DNA from: Cyanobacteriota bacterium
Lineage (GTDB): Bacteria; Cyanobacteriota; Cyanobacteriia; Cyanobacteriales; Nostocaceae
Reading direction: 5' to 3'
DNA: 64,000 nt
Assembly (NCBI GenBank): GCA_046045965.1
Contig: JBJOKS010000010.1
Span: 32,001 to 96,000, forward strand
Shown: piece by piece, positions 10,826 to 22,443 of the stretch
How the letters are laid out: every line of letters begins with the position of its first letter
How positions within the stretch are numbered: position 1 is the first letter of the stretch
Position numbers and translations under genes: made by a program
Notes under the pieces: model-generated
What the model was told of the DNA's origin: nothing
What the model saw: only the letters and a program-made list of their open reading frames with translations
Databases searched by the model: none

Positions 10826-12010
10826 ATGGATTCCAACCCCGCACTCTGTCAAGCTATAGCCAGTCGTATAGCTGCAAGTCCCCAACAGCGCATTACCTTT
10901 GCTGAATACATGGACTTGGTTCTATACCACCCAGAAAAAGGCTATTATGCCAGCGATGCTGTGAAAATTGGGTTTCGGAGTGGCGATTTTTTTACCTCTG
11001 TCAGTTTAGGGGCTGACTTTGGGGAATTACTAGCATTACAATTTTTACAGATATGGGAAATTTTAGGGCAACCACAGCCTTTTCACCTTGTAGAAATGGG
11101 AGCAGGTCAAGGTATTTTAGCATCTCATATTCTCAATTACCTAAAACTACACCATCCAGATTTTTTTACTGCGCTGGAATACATCATTGTTGAAAAATCT
11201 CCTTTTCTTAAACAAGAACAACAACAACGTTTACAGGAGTTTGCTGTCAGGTGGTGTAATTTGCCGGAAATAGCCCCAAACTCCATTATCGGCTGTTTTT
11301 TTTCTAATGAGTTAGTAGATGCCTTTCCCGTGCATCAGTTCACAGTAGAAGCGGGAAAATTGCAAGAAATTTATGTCACCATTCAAGAAGATGGGGAAAA
11401 TGATATTCCTGATCCTTCATTTATAGAAGTAGTAGGGGAAGCATCTACACCGCAGTTAGCAGAATATTTGCAATTAGTGGGAATTGATATAAGCCAAAAT
11501 ACTTATGATGATGGTTATCGTAGTGAAATTAATTTAGCCGCTCTTGACTGGTTGGGTATAGTGGCAGACTGCTTGCAACGCGGGTATGTGTTAACAATTG
11601 ATTATGGCTACCCTGCCAGCCGTTATTATCACCCCAGGCGATCGCAAGGAACTCTACAATGCTACTACCAACATCGTCATCATAATAACCCATACATCAA
11701 CATCGGAAAACAAGATATCACCGCCCATGTTGATTTTACAGCTTTAGAAGTATGGGGTAAAAGGTACGGTTTAAATCCAATTGGTTGGACACAACAAGGT
11801 TTATTTTTGATGGCCTTGGGTTTAGGAGCAAGAATAGCTGCCCTTTCCTATCAGCAACAATCAATATCACAGCTACTACAACGCCGGGAAGCACTACACC
11901 AACTGATCGATCCCACGGGAATAGGTAACTTTGGGGTTCTATTACAAAGCAAGGGATTGACAGAAACACAAAGCCAGCGATCGCTCCAAGGATTAACTAT
12001 ACCAGAGTAG
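10826..12010 (+). CDS. SAM-dependent methyltransferase, MidA/NDUFAF7 family (ATG at 10826 preferred over GTG at 10772)
   Basis: 'ITFAEYM..LYHP..GYY', 'GDFFTS', 'EMGAGQG', 'SNELVDAFP', 'IDYG', 'QDITAHVDF'. Confidence 0.9.
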   Translation: MDSNPALCQAIASRIAASPQQRITFAEYMDLVLYHPEKGYYASDAVKIGFRSGDFFTSVSLGADFGELLALQFLQIWEILGQPQPFHLVEMGAGQGILASHILNYLKLHHPDFFTALEYIIVEKSPFLKQEQQQRLQEFAVRWCNLPEIAPNSIIGCFFSNELVDAFPVHQFTVEAGKLQEIYVTIQEDGENDIPDPSFIEVVGEASTPQLAEYLQLVGIDISQNTYDDGYRSEINLAALDWLGIVADCLQRGYVLTIDYGYPASRYYHPRRSQGTLQCYYQHRHHNNPYINIGKQDITAHVDFTALEVWGKRYGLNPIGWTQQGLFLMALGLGARIAALSYQQQSISQLLQRREALHQLIDPTGIGNFGVLLQSKGLTETQSQRSLQGLTIPE

Positions 12011-12205
12011 GGGTGATTGGTGACTGGGGACTGGCGACTCTTTACTGGGGACTGGGTAAAAACTAAATTCTTACTATTGCCTTTTGCCTTTTGCCTCCTG
12101 ACTCCTGACATTAAAACTATATTTGGTGAATCCTGATATCCGTCTTTATTGGACTAGGATAACAGTGATTACTTTAAAGTTAAAAACCTTGGGAAAGCAA
12201 TAACT

Positions 12206-12301
12206 ATGAATGCTCACGATTTGATTGTGTTAGTAACTCTACTTAGCCCCGGTATCTTACTTTCAGTTGTAATTATGGCCACTTTTGCCGCAGGAGGATA
12301 G
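12206..12301 (+). CDS. 31-aa single-TM micro-protein (MNAHDLIVLVTLLSPGILLSVVIMATFAAGG); resembles cyanobacterial Norf4
   Basis: Translated by hand, ATG 12206 to TAG 12301; purine-rich GGGAAAG upstream; strongly hydrophobic with PG..LS core and GG end; below the ORF-track cutoff. Confidence 0.7.
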   Translation: MNAHDLIVLVTLLSPGILLSVVIMATFAAGG

Positions 12302-12448
12302 GTGACAGGGAACAGGTGACAGGTGACAGTAAAAAGGAAAGGGAGCAGGAAGGAATAAAATTCTTTACCTATTCCCTATTCCCTTTTTTCCCAATGACCA
12401 ATGACCAATGACCAATGACCAATAACCAATGACTAAGGAAAGTGAAAC

Positions 12449-13327
12449 ATGAAGGTGGCATTTCTGGGAACTGGATTGATGGGACTACCGATGGCTCAAA
12501 GGTTATTAGCTGCAAATATAGAGCTAATTGCTTACAACCGCACCCCAGAAAAATTAGCACCACTACAAGCAGCAGGGGCTGAAATTGCCACAAAACCGCG
12601 TCAAGCAATTCGTTCTGCTGACTGTATCATTCTCATGCTATCCAACGCCGCAGCGATTTATCATGTCTTGCTCACAGATACTTCTTGGCATACTTTATCA
12701 GGACGCAGCATCATTCAAATGGGGACAATTACTCCCCTAGAAAGCCAAGAAATCAGAGATGCGGTAGTGGCAGCAGGTGGTGAGTATATAGAAGCGCCTG
12801 TACTCGGTAGTATCCCAGAAGCTGAAACTGGCAAATTAATTGTCATGGTCGGTGGTGAACAAGAACAGTATCAACGCCATGTCAAGTTACTGGAACATTT
12901 TGGAGCTAATCCTGTATACATAGGTCCTGTAGGATCTGCATCATCCCTGACTCTAGCACTCAATCAACTCATTGCTTCCCTCACTACTAGCTTTGCCCTG
13001 AGTCTGGCTTTTGTCCAGTTGCAAGGTATTGATGTAGACTTATTTATGCAAATCCTGCGCGAAAGTAAACTTTATGCGCCTACCTTTGATCAAAACCTGA
13101 AACGGATGTTAGATGGCAATTATACCAAGGCCAACTTACCCACCAAGCAATTGATCAAAGAAATAGATTTATTTATCTCTGAAGCTAAATCCCTTGGTTT
13201 GAATCTCAGCAGTATTGAGGGTGTAAAACACATCTTACAGTCAGCAATGAATATGTCCTATCCAGAAGATGATTACTCTTCTGTTTTCCCCGCTATTCGT
13301 GAATGGGGTGAAGCCAGCGGAGAGTAG
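12449..13327 (+). CDS. NAD(P)-dependent oxidoreductase, beta-hydroxyacid dehydrogenase family
   Basis: 'FLGTGLMG.PMA', 'YNRT', 'EAPVLGS', 'LIVMVGG'. Confidence 0.9.
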   Translation: MKVAFLGTGLMGLPMAQRLLAANIELIAYNRTPEKLAPLQAAGAEIATKPRQAIRSADCIILMLSNAAAIYHVLLTDTSWHTLSGRSIIQMGTITPLESQEIRDAVVAAGGEYIEAPVLGSIPEAETGKLIVMVGGEQEQYQRHVKLLEHFGANPVYIGPVGSASSLTLALNQLIASLTTSFALSLAFVQLQGIDVDLFMQILRESKLYAPTFDQNLKRMLDGNYTKANLPTKQLIKEIDLFISEAKSLGLNLSSIEGVKHILQSAMNMSYPEDDYSSVFPAIREWGEASGE

Positions 13328-13445
13328 GTGACTGGTGACTGGTGACTGGTGACTGGGGAGATTTATGATTTTCCATCACAAAATACGTACAGATTTTACA
13401 GGATTAATTAGTTTCCCAATTCCCAATCACCAATTACCAATCACC

Positions 13446-13958
13446 TTAAAATGGGATGTCGTCTGGATCAGGTTCTGCTTCTGTTACGGGTTGATAGGAT
13501 GGAGGTTGAGAACTTGCTGGTTGATAGACAGGTTCGGGGATTGTGGGCTGAGGTGCTGGATTTGTAAAAGTTGTAGTTGGGGTTGGTGCTGGACTGCTGG
13601 GTTGATGATATACAATCTCTGGGAGACGTTGTGCTGGTGGTTGATTCGTCTGTACACCTTTGCCCATAGCATGAATTCGTTGTACTGTCAACTCAGCACG
13701 TTTTTCTTTAAAACCTTCGGGGCGTTCAACAGTATTCATACCTAAGCGTCCTTCGATGATCACGCGATCGCCTGGATGATAAGTTTGATGAATTTCTTTG
13801 GCCAAATTACCCCAACTTACCACTTTCAATGGATGGGAAGGATCATCTGGGCGCACTCCTGAAACATGGACTATCATTTCTGTGACTTCCAACCCGTCTG
13901 GTGTATGACGCAGTTGGGGAGCATCATAAATTTCCGCCATTAAAATACAACTGTTCAT
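13446..13958 (-). CDS. ssb: Single-stranded DNA-binding protein
   Basis: OB-fold 'PQLRHTPDG', 'GDRVIIEGRL'; P/Q-rich linker; acidic tail 'DPDDIPF'; start at MNSCILM. Confidence 0.92.
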   Translation of the reverse strand: MNSCILMAEIYDAPQLRHTPDGLEVTEMIVHVSGVRPDDPSHPLKVVSWGNLAKEIHQTYHPGDRVIIEGRLGMNTVERPEGFKEKRAELTVQRIHAMGKGVQTNQPPAQRLPEIVYHQPSSPAPTPTTTFTNPAPQPTIPEPVYQPASSQPPSYQPVTEAEPDPDDIPF

Positions 13959-14165
13959 ATAGTTTATTTCCTCCTCATCAATCAAACTTTACAATATTTA
14001 GGATTTAGTAAATCAATTCTCATGTCTCAATTTAACTTAACATTTTGAACACAAAAAACAAAAGTCAAGGGAGAACGTTGAACCACCATGAATAGCTGTT
14101 CAAGCTCTCCACCTGACCGAAACGAGCATTTAATTCTGCAATAGTACAAATATACCACTAAATTG

Positions 14166-15380
14166 TTAAATCTGAACATGAACCGGAAAAACACCCAAAG
14201 CAATTAACCTCGCCGGAAGATCCCGTAAAATAGGTAAGCGTAGCCAAAAAGGTGGCTTAAAAGTTTGATTTTCCGTGAGAATAGGGGCAAAGATCCGCTT
14301 TTGGATCAAAGTCTGAAATGCTTGAATCAGGCGTGTAGGAAACTCTCGACGCTGCTGCACTTTGGCTAAATCGCTGATTTCAACATGATGCTTTTTCAGT
14401 GATTGACTCAGTAAATTAGCGGTGACAACGGCATCCTGAATTGCATAATTGATACCCACACCACCCACGGGGGACATAACATGAGCTGCATCGCCAATAA
14501 GCAGTAGTCCTGGATGATACCAGCATTTAACGCGACTAGACTCAACAGACAAAAAAGCTATCTGTGACCAATCTTGTAAAATTTCAATGCGATTATTTAA
14601 TTCTGGTACTACCTCAATGATAGAATTTTTTAACGTTGCCAAACCAGCTGCACGCAATTTTTGATAACCACCTTTGGGGATCACATAACCAAGTTGCCAT
14701 TCCTCACCCCGGTCTAGCATCACCACAATTTTACCAGCACCGAAACGTCCCATACCCCCAGTAAATTCTTCTGGTTGACGAGGGAGACGAAACCAGAGGA
14801 CATCCATAGGTGGTGAAGTTTCTACAGACTCAAAACCGCCTAATTGTCTTAATTTGGAATGACGGCCATCTGCTCCTACTGTCAGTGTAGCTCGGACTTC
14901 AAGCCAGCCACCTTGTCCACGATAACGCACACCTTGAATTATGCCATTTTCTTCAATTAATTCTTGGACATTTGCACCCATGACTAAATGAAAATTTGGG
15001 TATTTTTCGGCTTCTTGGCTGATAAATTCCAAAAAGCGCACCTGGGGCAGCATTATGATATAGGGATAGCGGGTTTTTAGGTGACTAAAATCTGCCAAAG
15101 TAACAGTATCTTGGGGAGTTTTTACGCTGAGGTGTTGCATTTTTGTGTGGGGTAATTGTAAAATGCGATCGCTCAAATTTAACTCTTCCATAATTTGCAT
15201 TACCGATGGGTGAATAGTATCACCCCGAAAATCCCGATCAAAATCTTTATGTGCTTCCAGCAATGTCACCGCAATACCCTGACGCGCTAAAAGTAAAGAT
15301 AATACAACTCCAGCCGGTCCACCACCAACAATACAACAATCAGTAGTTTTTATGTCTACAATTTCGTGATTTTTATTCAT
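14166..15380 (-). CDS. FAD-dependent oxidoreductase/monooxygenase
   Basis: 'IVGGGPAG', 'VGADGRHS', 'IGDAAHVMSPVGGVGINYAIQDA'. Confidence 0.9.
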   Translation of the reverse strand: MNKNHEIVDIKTTDCCIVGGGPAGVVLSLLLARQGIAVTLLEAHKDFDRDFRGDTIHPSVMQIMEELNLSDRILQLPHTKMQHLSVKTPQDTVTLADFSHLKTRYPYIIMLPQVRFLEFISQEAEKYPNFHLVMGANVQELIEENGIIQGVRYRGQGGWLEVRATLTVGADGRHSKLRQLGGFESVETSPPMDVLWFRLPRQPEEFTGGMGRFGAGKIVVMLDRGEEWQLGYVIPKGGYQKLRAAGLATLKNSIIEVVPELNNRIEILQDWSQIAFLSVESSRVKCWYHPGLLLIGDAAHVMSPVGGVGINYAIQDAVVTANLLSQSLKKHHVEISDLAKVQQRREFPTRLIQAFQTLIQKRIFAPILTENQTFKPPFWLRLPILRDLPARLIALGVFPVHVQI

Positions 15381-15885
15381 AAAACCTCCTGAAAACCAAG
15401 CATGATCAATTTTTTCTGGAGATGCTACAAAAATTGTCTATTTCTTTAATAAGTAGGACACAGAATAAATCCCTGGCTTATTTGACAAGTCTCTTATTTG
15501 GGTATTACGTTTTTTAAGTTGAGCTACTTATGAAAAATCCTCTGCAGATGTTTCACAACAGTCTCTATAATTAAACTAACTCAAATTTTCAAGAATAACT
15601 AAACTCTTGCCGGTTCGGGAATATATAACATTTCTCAATCATCAATTCTGCGGACACGCTACACGTAACCCAACAATATCCCCGACTTCTTGAAGAAATT
15701 GGGAATATGATATAATTAGTAGATTTATGGTATTTTAGGAATTTTTTAGGGATTTTTAGGTAACTAATGGCTTTTTGTAACAATGGATTACCTTTACTGG
15801 ACTAATAGAAAACTTTTGCTACCCACTAGAGCGCAAATCCAGTTATAATTTATTGCTGTCTGATACCTGTGTCGGAGTTTTACTA

Positions 15886-16755
15886 ATGACCACTCAATCT
15901 ACCCTCAATGAAGTAGCCAAAAATTTAGAACAGCATGAAAACTCAACCCGGATTAAAAAATTAATATATTGTGCTTGTACACATGATTGGCAGAATGATC
16001 AAAATATACTAGACAACTTTAAATTAACTGAATTAATTCAGGAATTGTACAGTTTTAACCCAACCATAGAACACTTGAATTATACTTTTTATCAAATTGT
16101 CAATACCCTAAGTAAACCACGCGAATACTCTCTAATTGCCAATATCATTTTAAATGAAATAGAGAAACTCTATGTAATCAATGAGGAATTAACAGGAATA
16201 ATATTTAATCAACCGCAGCAAGAAATATCAACAAATACTCGCGATGAATTTACAGGCTATCAAATCAAATATGAATATAATAAATTTGATTTAAGGCAGA
16301 ATATTATGCAGTATACTAATCCACTCAGAGCTAAATTAGTTCTATTTTTTGCTCTTGACAATAAGATTGATTTCTTAGAAGACTGGAACAAACTGAAGGC
16401 TGAAGAACTGGATGGTTTATTGGAGAAATTATTTGATTCTTGTGCAACTATCAGAGAACTAGAATTTCAACTAAATAATGCAGTTATATCTCTAGGTAAC
16501 CAGTATGAAGACTCTCAAGCCGCAGGTGCAATTATGCAATCTATGCAGGGTTTTTATAGCGATATTCCATCAAATCAAAATCAAAATCAACCGCTTAAAA
16601 AATCCTTATCTGAAGAAACTACTAGTACCATCGCTAATTCTTCCCATCAAATAACTTCATCTGATAATGATAGCGATATCTATGAAAATGACAAAGATAG
16701 CACCTGTCAACTTATAGCACCTCCTACACCATATCCATTCAATAGAAAAGCATAA
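15886..16755 (+). CDS. Hypothetical protein
   Basis: Long ORF; 'RIKKLIYCAC..WQND', 'FDLRQNIMQYTNPLRAK' resemble a conserved Nostocales family; function not recognised. Confidence 0.7.
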   Translation: MTTQSTLNEVAKNLEQHENSTRIKKLIYCACTHDWQNDQNILDNFKLTELIQELYSFNPTIEHLNYTFYQIVNTLSKPREYSLIANIILNEIEKLYVINEELTGIIFNQPQQEISTNTRDEFTGYQIKYEYNKFDLRQNIMQYTNPLRAKLVLFFALDNKIDFLEDWNKLKAEELDGLLEKLFDSCATIRELEFQLNNAVISLGNQYEDSQAAGAIMQSMQGFYSDIPSNQNQNQPLKKSLSEETTSTIANSSHQITSSDNDSDIYENDKDSTCQLIAPPTPYPFNRKA

Positions 16756-16824
16756 ATGACAATTATAAACCATTATTGAGTCTAGGAAAACTTGAGAACC
16801 TTATAGTAATTGAAAAGCAAAGAT

Positions 16825-17817
16825 ATGGATGCCAATGAACTTCTGAAGAGATATGCAGATGGAGAAACAAAATTTATTGAAGCCCAACTCAGTGGCGTAA
16901 ATCTATTTGGTGCAGACTTGATAGGTGTAGTCTTAAATCAGGCAGATTTGAGTAATGCTATCCTAATTTTTACCTATCTGAGTCGAGCAATTTTGAATAG
17001 AGCAAATCTAAATTATAGCAACCTTAGTGGTGCTAATTTAAATCAGGCAAGTTTAATCAAAGCTAACTTGCATGATGCTGATTTGCATGGTGCGAGTTTA
17101 CAGGGTGCTAATTTGCAAAATGCTGATTTAACCTTAGCAGATATGCTAGATGCTAACTTAATGAATGCCGATTTGCGAGGTGCTAATCTCAGTGGTGCTA
17201 ATCTTACAGGTGTGTGTATGCGTGGTGCTAACCTGCGAGAAGAAAAGAGAGTTTTCACTGCTATTTTACTGGGTGCTAACTTGCATAAAGCTGACTTACG
17301 AGGTGCTGACTTAACTGGAGCAAATTTAAGTAAAGTTAATCTCAGTGGTGCTAATTTGAGTGAAGCAACATTGCGTGGTGTTAATCTGAGTGGTGCTAAC
17401 TTGAGTGAAGCAATTTTAAATAATGCTTCTCTGAGTGATATTAATTTAAGTGGTGCTAATTTATCAGGTGCTAACTTGATGAATTCCAGACTAGAACGTG
17501 CAAATCTGATAGATGCCGAACTTGCAGATATTAATTTGTATGGTGCGCTGATGGCAGATGCTAAACTGACTAGAGCGAAAATGAATGGAGCAAACCTGAG
17601 TTTTGCTAGACTCAGTAGAGCAGATTTAAGTCGCGCTATCCTGCGGGGAGCTAATCTTATGGAAGCAGACTTAGTTGATGCCTATCTTGCTAGAACAGAC
17701 TTGACAAATGCTAATTTAAATAAGGCAAATCTGTTCAGAGCAGAAATGAGTAGCGCAAATCTGATGGGTGCTAATTTGCGAGAAGCAGTAATGTCTGATG
17801 GCACAATTAAATATTAA
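16825..17817 (+). CDS. Pentapeptide repeat protein
   Basis: 'MDANELLKRY' followed by continuous A(N/D)LXX repeats; ends 'MSDGTI'. Confidence 0.93.
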   Translation: MDANELLKRYADGETKFIEAQLSGVNLFGADLIGVVLNQADLSNAILIFTYLSRAILNRANLNYSNLSGANLNQASLIKANLHDADLHGASLQGANLQNADLTLADMLDANLMNADLRGANLSGANLTGVCMRGANLREEKRVFTAILLGANLHKADLRGADLTGANLSKVNLSGANLSEATLRGVNLSGANLSEAILNNASLSDINLSGANLSGANLMNSRLERANLIDAELADINLYGALMADAKLTRAKMNGANLSFARLSRADLSRAILRGANLMEADLVDAYLARTDLTNANLNKANLFRAEMSSANLMGANLREAVMSDGTIKY

Positions 17818-17841
17818 CTGGGTAATTGGTAATTGGTAACA

Positions 17842-17949
<108 letters not shown>

Positions 17950-17954
17950 ATATA

Positions 17955-19295
17955 TTATTCCCCAGTAATAGAGAGTTCACTTACCCAAACTCTGGGACAA
18001 ACACCTGCTGGTGTTAACTCCGCTTCTTTCTCCACATAAACAATAGATTTCAAGACTTCCAAAAAATCACCAGCTACCGTTGCTGACTCAATACTGGTTT
18101 TTTCACCTTTATTAATTAACCAACCATCAAAAGGCAAAGAAAACGAACCTTGTAAAGCCTTAACACCTGCATGGAGAGCTTGTAAATCATCAATTAAAAT
18201 CACATTTTCGGCAGTTTCTAAACTCAATTCTTTCTCTGCTGTTCCTGCGGCAAAAACATGATAAAAATTAGGACCCACGCTCACCTTTGCACCAATACTA
18301 GCATTACCTGTAGGTTGAGCATTTAACCGTTTTGCAGTTCCCGCACTGTGGAGAAAACTGGATAAAACACCATTTTCAATTAACTTCACCTGACGGGTTG
18401 GTGTACCTTCACCATCAAAACTTTCAGCACCAATATTTGCAGGGTGTAAAGCATCATCATAAACTGAAAGTAAAGGTGAAGCAATTTGTTTACCAATATC
18501 ATCAGCTTTTGATAAACTTTGATTATCAAGAATACTTTGGGCATTAAATAAATTAGAAAATGCACCCAATAAACTCAAAAAAGCTTCAGGAGCAAAAACC
18601 ACCTGATATTTGCCAGTTTTGATTTTTTCATAATGCAAATGACTGATAGTTTTATCAGCAGTTTCTTTAATGCAACCTGAAATATCTAAATCCGCTACAC
18701 TTTCCTTAACTCGATATGCTCCTGCACTGCGGGGTTTTTTACCTTCTTCCTCAGTTTTACTGTAAAGATAAACTGAAGCTAAAGAATGAGATTCAGTTCT
18801 TAAAGCACCATCACTGTTGAGATAAAAACGGTCAATATCTCTTTGTGCTAAACCATTATAAGGTACTCCTTTAATAGCCGGATGAGCAGCTAAAAGTTCT
18901 TTTTCTGCTACTAATAATTTTTCAATTAGTTCAGAAACAGGTGCTTGAAGTGCTTTTTCTTTAGGTGTGTATTCGATGGGAATAGTTGCTTCTGGACTAA
19001 AATCAGGAACATTTTCTTTTACACCAAAAAAACTAGCTTCGTAAGCTGTTTGTAAAGCTAATTCTAAGCCTTTGGGGTCTACATCTGTGGTGCTGGTGAC
19101 ACCCATTGTATTTTCTTCATTCCAAACCCGAACTGTGACACCAGAACGGTTGGAAGCTTTCACTTGTTTGGGTTCACCTTGGTCAACTTGAACGCTGGTA
19201 TCGTCTACGGTTGAACCGTAAATGTCGAATTTTTTAATGCCTAATTTGGCAGCGTTTTCTTGAGCGTATTGAGCAATTTCTTCTATTTTTGGCAT
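17955..19295 (-). CDS. pmbA: TldE/PmbA family protein
   Basis: 446 aa; 'FDGEGTPT', 'LIENGVL', 'TVAGDF'; no HExxGH motif; downstream of tldD. Confidence 0.85.
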   Translation of the reverse strand: MPKIEEIAQYAQENAAKLGIKKFDIYGSTVDDTSVQVDQGEPKQVKASNRSGVTVRVWNEENTMGVTSTTDVDPKGLELALQTAYEASFFGVKENVPDFSPEATIPIEYTPKEKALQAPVSELIEKLLVAEKELLAAHPAIKGVPYNGLAQRDIDRFYLNSDGALRTESHSLASVYLYSKTEEEGKKPRSAGAYRVKESVADLDISGCIKETADKTISHLHYEKIKTGKYQVVFAPEAFLSLLGAFSNLFNAQSILDNQSLSKADDIGKQIASPLLSVYDDALHPANIGAESFDGEGTPTRQVKLIENGVLSSFLHSAGTAKRLNAQPTGNASIGAKVSVGPNFYHVFAAGTAEKELSLETAENVILIDDLQALHAGVKALQGSFSLPFDGWLINKGEKTSIESATVAGDFLEVLKSIVYVEKEAELTPAGVCPRVWVSELSITGE

Positions 19296-19420
19296 GATTT
19301 TGGATTTTAGATTTTTGAACGCAGATGTAGCTTGCTTCCCGAAGGGTACGCAGACAAACGCAGATGATATGGTTTATCTGTTTTCATCTCCATGATTTTG
19401 ATTTGTTGTATTTGTTGTTT

Positions 19421-20893
19421 TTATCGTCCGCCGACGGTAATGGAATCAACTTTAATGTGGGGTTGTCCAACTGTGGTGTAAATGCTGCCACTGACGGAAC
19501 CACAAAAACCGGGAGCTAGTTCTAAATCTTTAGAACACATGGAAATTTTGTTCATAATTTCTTTTGCTTCGCCGATGAGGGTAGCGCCTTTTAATGGTTT
19601 GGTAATTTTGCCATTTTCTATTAAATAAGCTTCGTCAACACTAAAGTTAAATTGACCGGTTGCGCCGACACTTCCGCCACCCATTTTTTTGCAGTAAATA
19701 CCTTTATCAACGGAAGCAAATAAATCTTCGTTGCTGTATTCGCCGCTATCAATATAGGTGTTTCTCATGCGACTTGCAGCAGCAAAGGTGTAATTTTGAC
19801 GGCGACCACTACCGGTTCTGGGGTGTCCGGTTCTCGCTGAACCTGTTCTGTCAGCTAGGAAGTTTTTGAGAACGCCTTTTTCAATTAATAATGTTCTTTG
19901 GGCTGGCATTCCTTCGTCATCCATATCAATTGTTCCGAAGGCATTATCAGCACGTCCTTCATCCCAAGCTGTTAAACTTTCATGGGCGATTTTTTCACCT
20001 TTTTTATCCGCAAATGGTGTGGTTTTTCTTTCTATTTGGGTGGTTTCTAATAGGTGTCCGCAAGCTTCATGGAAAATTACTCCGCCAAAGTGATTGGCCA
20101 TAATTATGGGATAATTACCTGATTCTACATAATCTGCATAGAGCATTTTACCCGCAGATTCGGCGATTTGTTCGGAAGCTTGTTGATAATCCCAGGTTTT
20201 CAGGAAGTTGGGATCACTGGTGTTACCTGCACGTTCGGCTATGGAAGATCGGTTAGCACCATCAGCACAAAGAAGATTAAAGCCTACTGACTGGGTAAGG
20301 CGAATATCACGGGCAAATGTACCGTCACTACCAGCAACTAATACTTCTTGCCAGTCACGGAAATAAGAAGCGCGACGAGATTGGACGTGGGTAGCTTTTT
20401 TGTTGAGTTGAGCAGTACCATCAAGGAGTATTTCTCCCATTTCTCTGATAGAACTGCATAAGGGCAACCAGCCATCTTTACCGCGTTTGGTAGCGTAGTC
20501 TCTCAATAATTCTAGGTTGATTTCGGGGATGAAAGCTGTAGCTGCGGGTAGTTGCAAACCCATTATAGACAAACCTTTTTCTAAGGCTGCTTTTAAGCCG
20601 GCAAATGTTAGGTTATTGGTGCTAACGTAACAGTCAGCTTTGCCGCGAAATACTCTCACTCCTGCACCAGTGGCTAAACTGGGTGAGATGCTGGTGATGG
20701 TGTCGTCTTCTGCTAAACAACTAATGTAGTTACGACGTTCTAAGAAAAATTCTACAAAATCAGCACCAGCTGCGCGTCCTAGTCCCAAAAGTGTGGACAG
20801 GGGCGCTTCCCAAGTGTCATCAAAGCGTTCTGTTGTGGATGAATACTGTAGACTGGGGAGTTGATTGGAAAGAAGTAAGGTATTTGTAAGCAT
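19421..20893 (-). CDS. tldD: TldD metalloprotease
   Basis: '[10 protein letters not shown]', 'DDEG', 'RMRNTY', 'CGSVSGS..VGQP', ends 'TVGGR'. Confidence 0.9.
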   Translation of the reverse strand: MLTNTLLLSNQLPSLQYSSTTERFDDTWEAPLSTLLGLGRAAGADFVEFFLERRNYISCLAEDDTITSISPSLATGAGVRVFRGKADCYVSTNNLTFAGLKAALEKGLSIMGLQLPAATAFIPEINLELLRDYATKRGKDGWLPLCSSIREMGEILLDGTAQLNKKATHVQSRRASYFRDWQEVLVAGSDGTFARDIRLTQSVGFNLLCADGANRSSIAERAGNTSDPNFLKTWDYQQASEQIAESAGKMLYADYVESGNYPIIMANHFGGVIFHEACGHLLETTQIERKTTPFADKKGEKIAHESLTAWDEGRADNAFGTIDMDDEGMPAQRTLLIEKGVLKNFLADRTGSARTGHPRTGSGRRQNYTFAAASRMRNTYIDSGEYSNEDLFASVDKGIYCKKMGGGSVGATGQFNFSVDEAYLIENGKITKPLKGATLIGEAKEIMNKISMCSKDLELAPGFCGSVSGSIYTTVGQPHIKVDSITVGGR

Positions 20894-21318
20894 GAATAGC
20901 CTCGTCTGCTGCCGTTATCAGATATGTTAAAAAATCCTGGTGTGTTTACTCTAGCAATTTTCTTGAGAAGTCAGCATCCTGAACAACTTCTTTATGCATA
21001 ATCACTCTGTTTTTTGGCTAGTCGGTTGAGGATATTCTTGTTGATTAAGTGATGTATCTGACATGGATACAGTAGAACCATCTATTACTTTTACTTTTCG
21101 ACAACTACATGACGGGCGCGATCGCATAACGGTTTCGGTAATATTTCAAGGTTAGCAGCAAAACAAGCAGGTGTGAGTGTAAAAAATTTAATTGCCTTAC
21201 CTAAACGACAGCTTGGTTTTTGGGAACTATTTAACTAACATGGAAAATTAACGATTTCCAATCCACACAGGTGGTTATTTGTTGTGTATATATGGTTTGT
21301 AACCGAGTTTTTTAGGAA

Positions 21319-22443
21319 ATGTCTAACTTAGAAAATCAAGATCTTAATTTAGACCGTTCATTATCTGGGTATGATTATGAACTACCGACGGAGTTAATTG
21401 CCCAAAACCCAGCTGTTCCTAGAGATAGTTCACGTTTATTAGTGGTCAATTCTCCCAGTACAGGTCAGGAAATACCAGCCTTAAACCACATTTTTCGAGA
21501 TTTGTCAGAAATACTCAAACCTGGGGATTTGTTGGTAATGAATAACACAAAAGTTATTCCGGCTAGGTTGTATGGCCGCAAGTCAACAGGTGCTGAAGTG
21601 GAAGTGTTGCTGTTGGAAGAAAGACAGCATAACTGTTGGTTGGCTTTGGTAAAGCCGGGAAAGCATTTTAAAATAGGAACTCAAATTATTTTTGATGGGG
21701 ACAAATTAGCTCCTGGTAATGAATTGACGGCCACGGTTGTGGATAGGGATGAAGCAACTGGGGGACGCTTGTTACAGTTTGATGTACCGCAACATCAGTC
21801 TTTAGTGCAGGTGTTGGAGAAATTTGGAGAAATACCTTTACCTCCTTATATCAATGCGTCAACTGCGGCTGATGAACAATATCAAACTGTATACGCTCAG
21901 GAACAAGGTGCGATCGCAGCACCAACGGCAGGGTTACACTTTACACCAGAACTTTTCCAAAAATTGCGCGATCGCGGTATTAATCAAGCTTTTTTAACGC
22001 TACACGTCGGTGTGGGTACTTTTCGTCCTGTAGAAGTCGAAGATGTGACTACTCACCAAATGCACGCAGAATGGATTGAGGTGAGCGCCGCTACAGTAGA
22101 GCAAATCCGCGCTACTAAAGCCGCTGGAGGGCGAATTATTGCCGTTGGGACCACAGTAGTCCGAGCGTTAGAAGGTGCGGCACAATCTGGGGATTTACAA
22201 CCTTATGTGGGTAAGGTAAATTTATTTATTTACCCTGGTTATCAATGGCAGGTAGTTGAGGGTTTGATTACGAATTTTCACTTACCCCGTTCTAGTTTGA
22301 TGATGCTGGTAAGCGCCTTAATTGGTAGAGAAAGACTGTTGAAGATTTACCAACAAGCGATCGCATCTCAATATCGTTTCTATTCTTTTGGTGATGCTAT
22401 GCTCATTTTACCCGAAGCAACTATTAATGCTGGTGATTGCTGA
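21319..22443 (+). CDS. queA: S-adenosylmethionine:tRNA ribosyltransferase-isomerase
   Basis: 'YDYELP.ELIAQ', 'PLPPYI', 'AAPTAGLHF', '[10 protein letters not shown]', 'FYSFGDAM'. Confidence 0.98.
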   Translation: MSNLENQDLNLDRSLSGYDYELPTELIAQNPAVPRDSSRLLVVNSPSTGQEIPALNHIFRDLSEILKPGDLLVMNNTKVIPARLYGRKSTGAEVEVLLLEERQHNCWLALVKPGKHFKIGTQIIFDGDKLAPGNELTATVVDRDEATGGRLLQFDVPQHQSLVQVLEKFGEIPLPPYINASTAADEQYQTVYAQEQGAIAAPTAGLHFTPELFQKLRDRGINQAFLTLHVGVGTFRPVEVEDVTTHQMHAEWIEVSAATVEQIRATKAAGGRIIAVGTTVVRALEGAAQSGDLQPYVGKVNLFIYPGYQWQVVEGLITNFHLPRSSLMMLVSALIGRERLLKIYQQAIASQYRFYSFGDAMLILPEATINAGDC

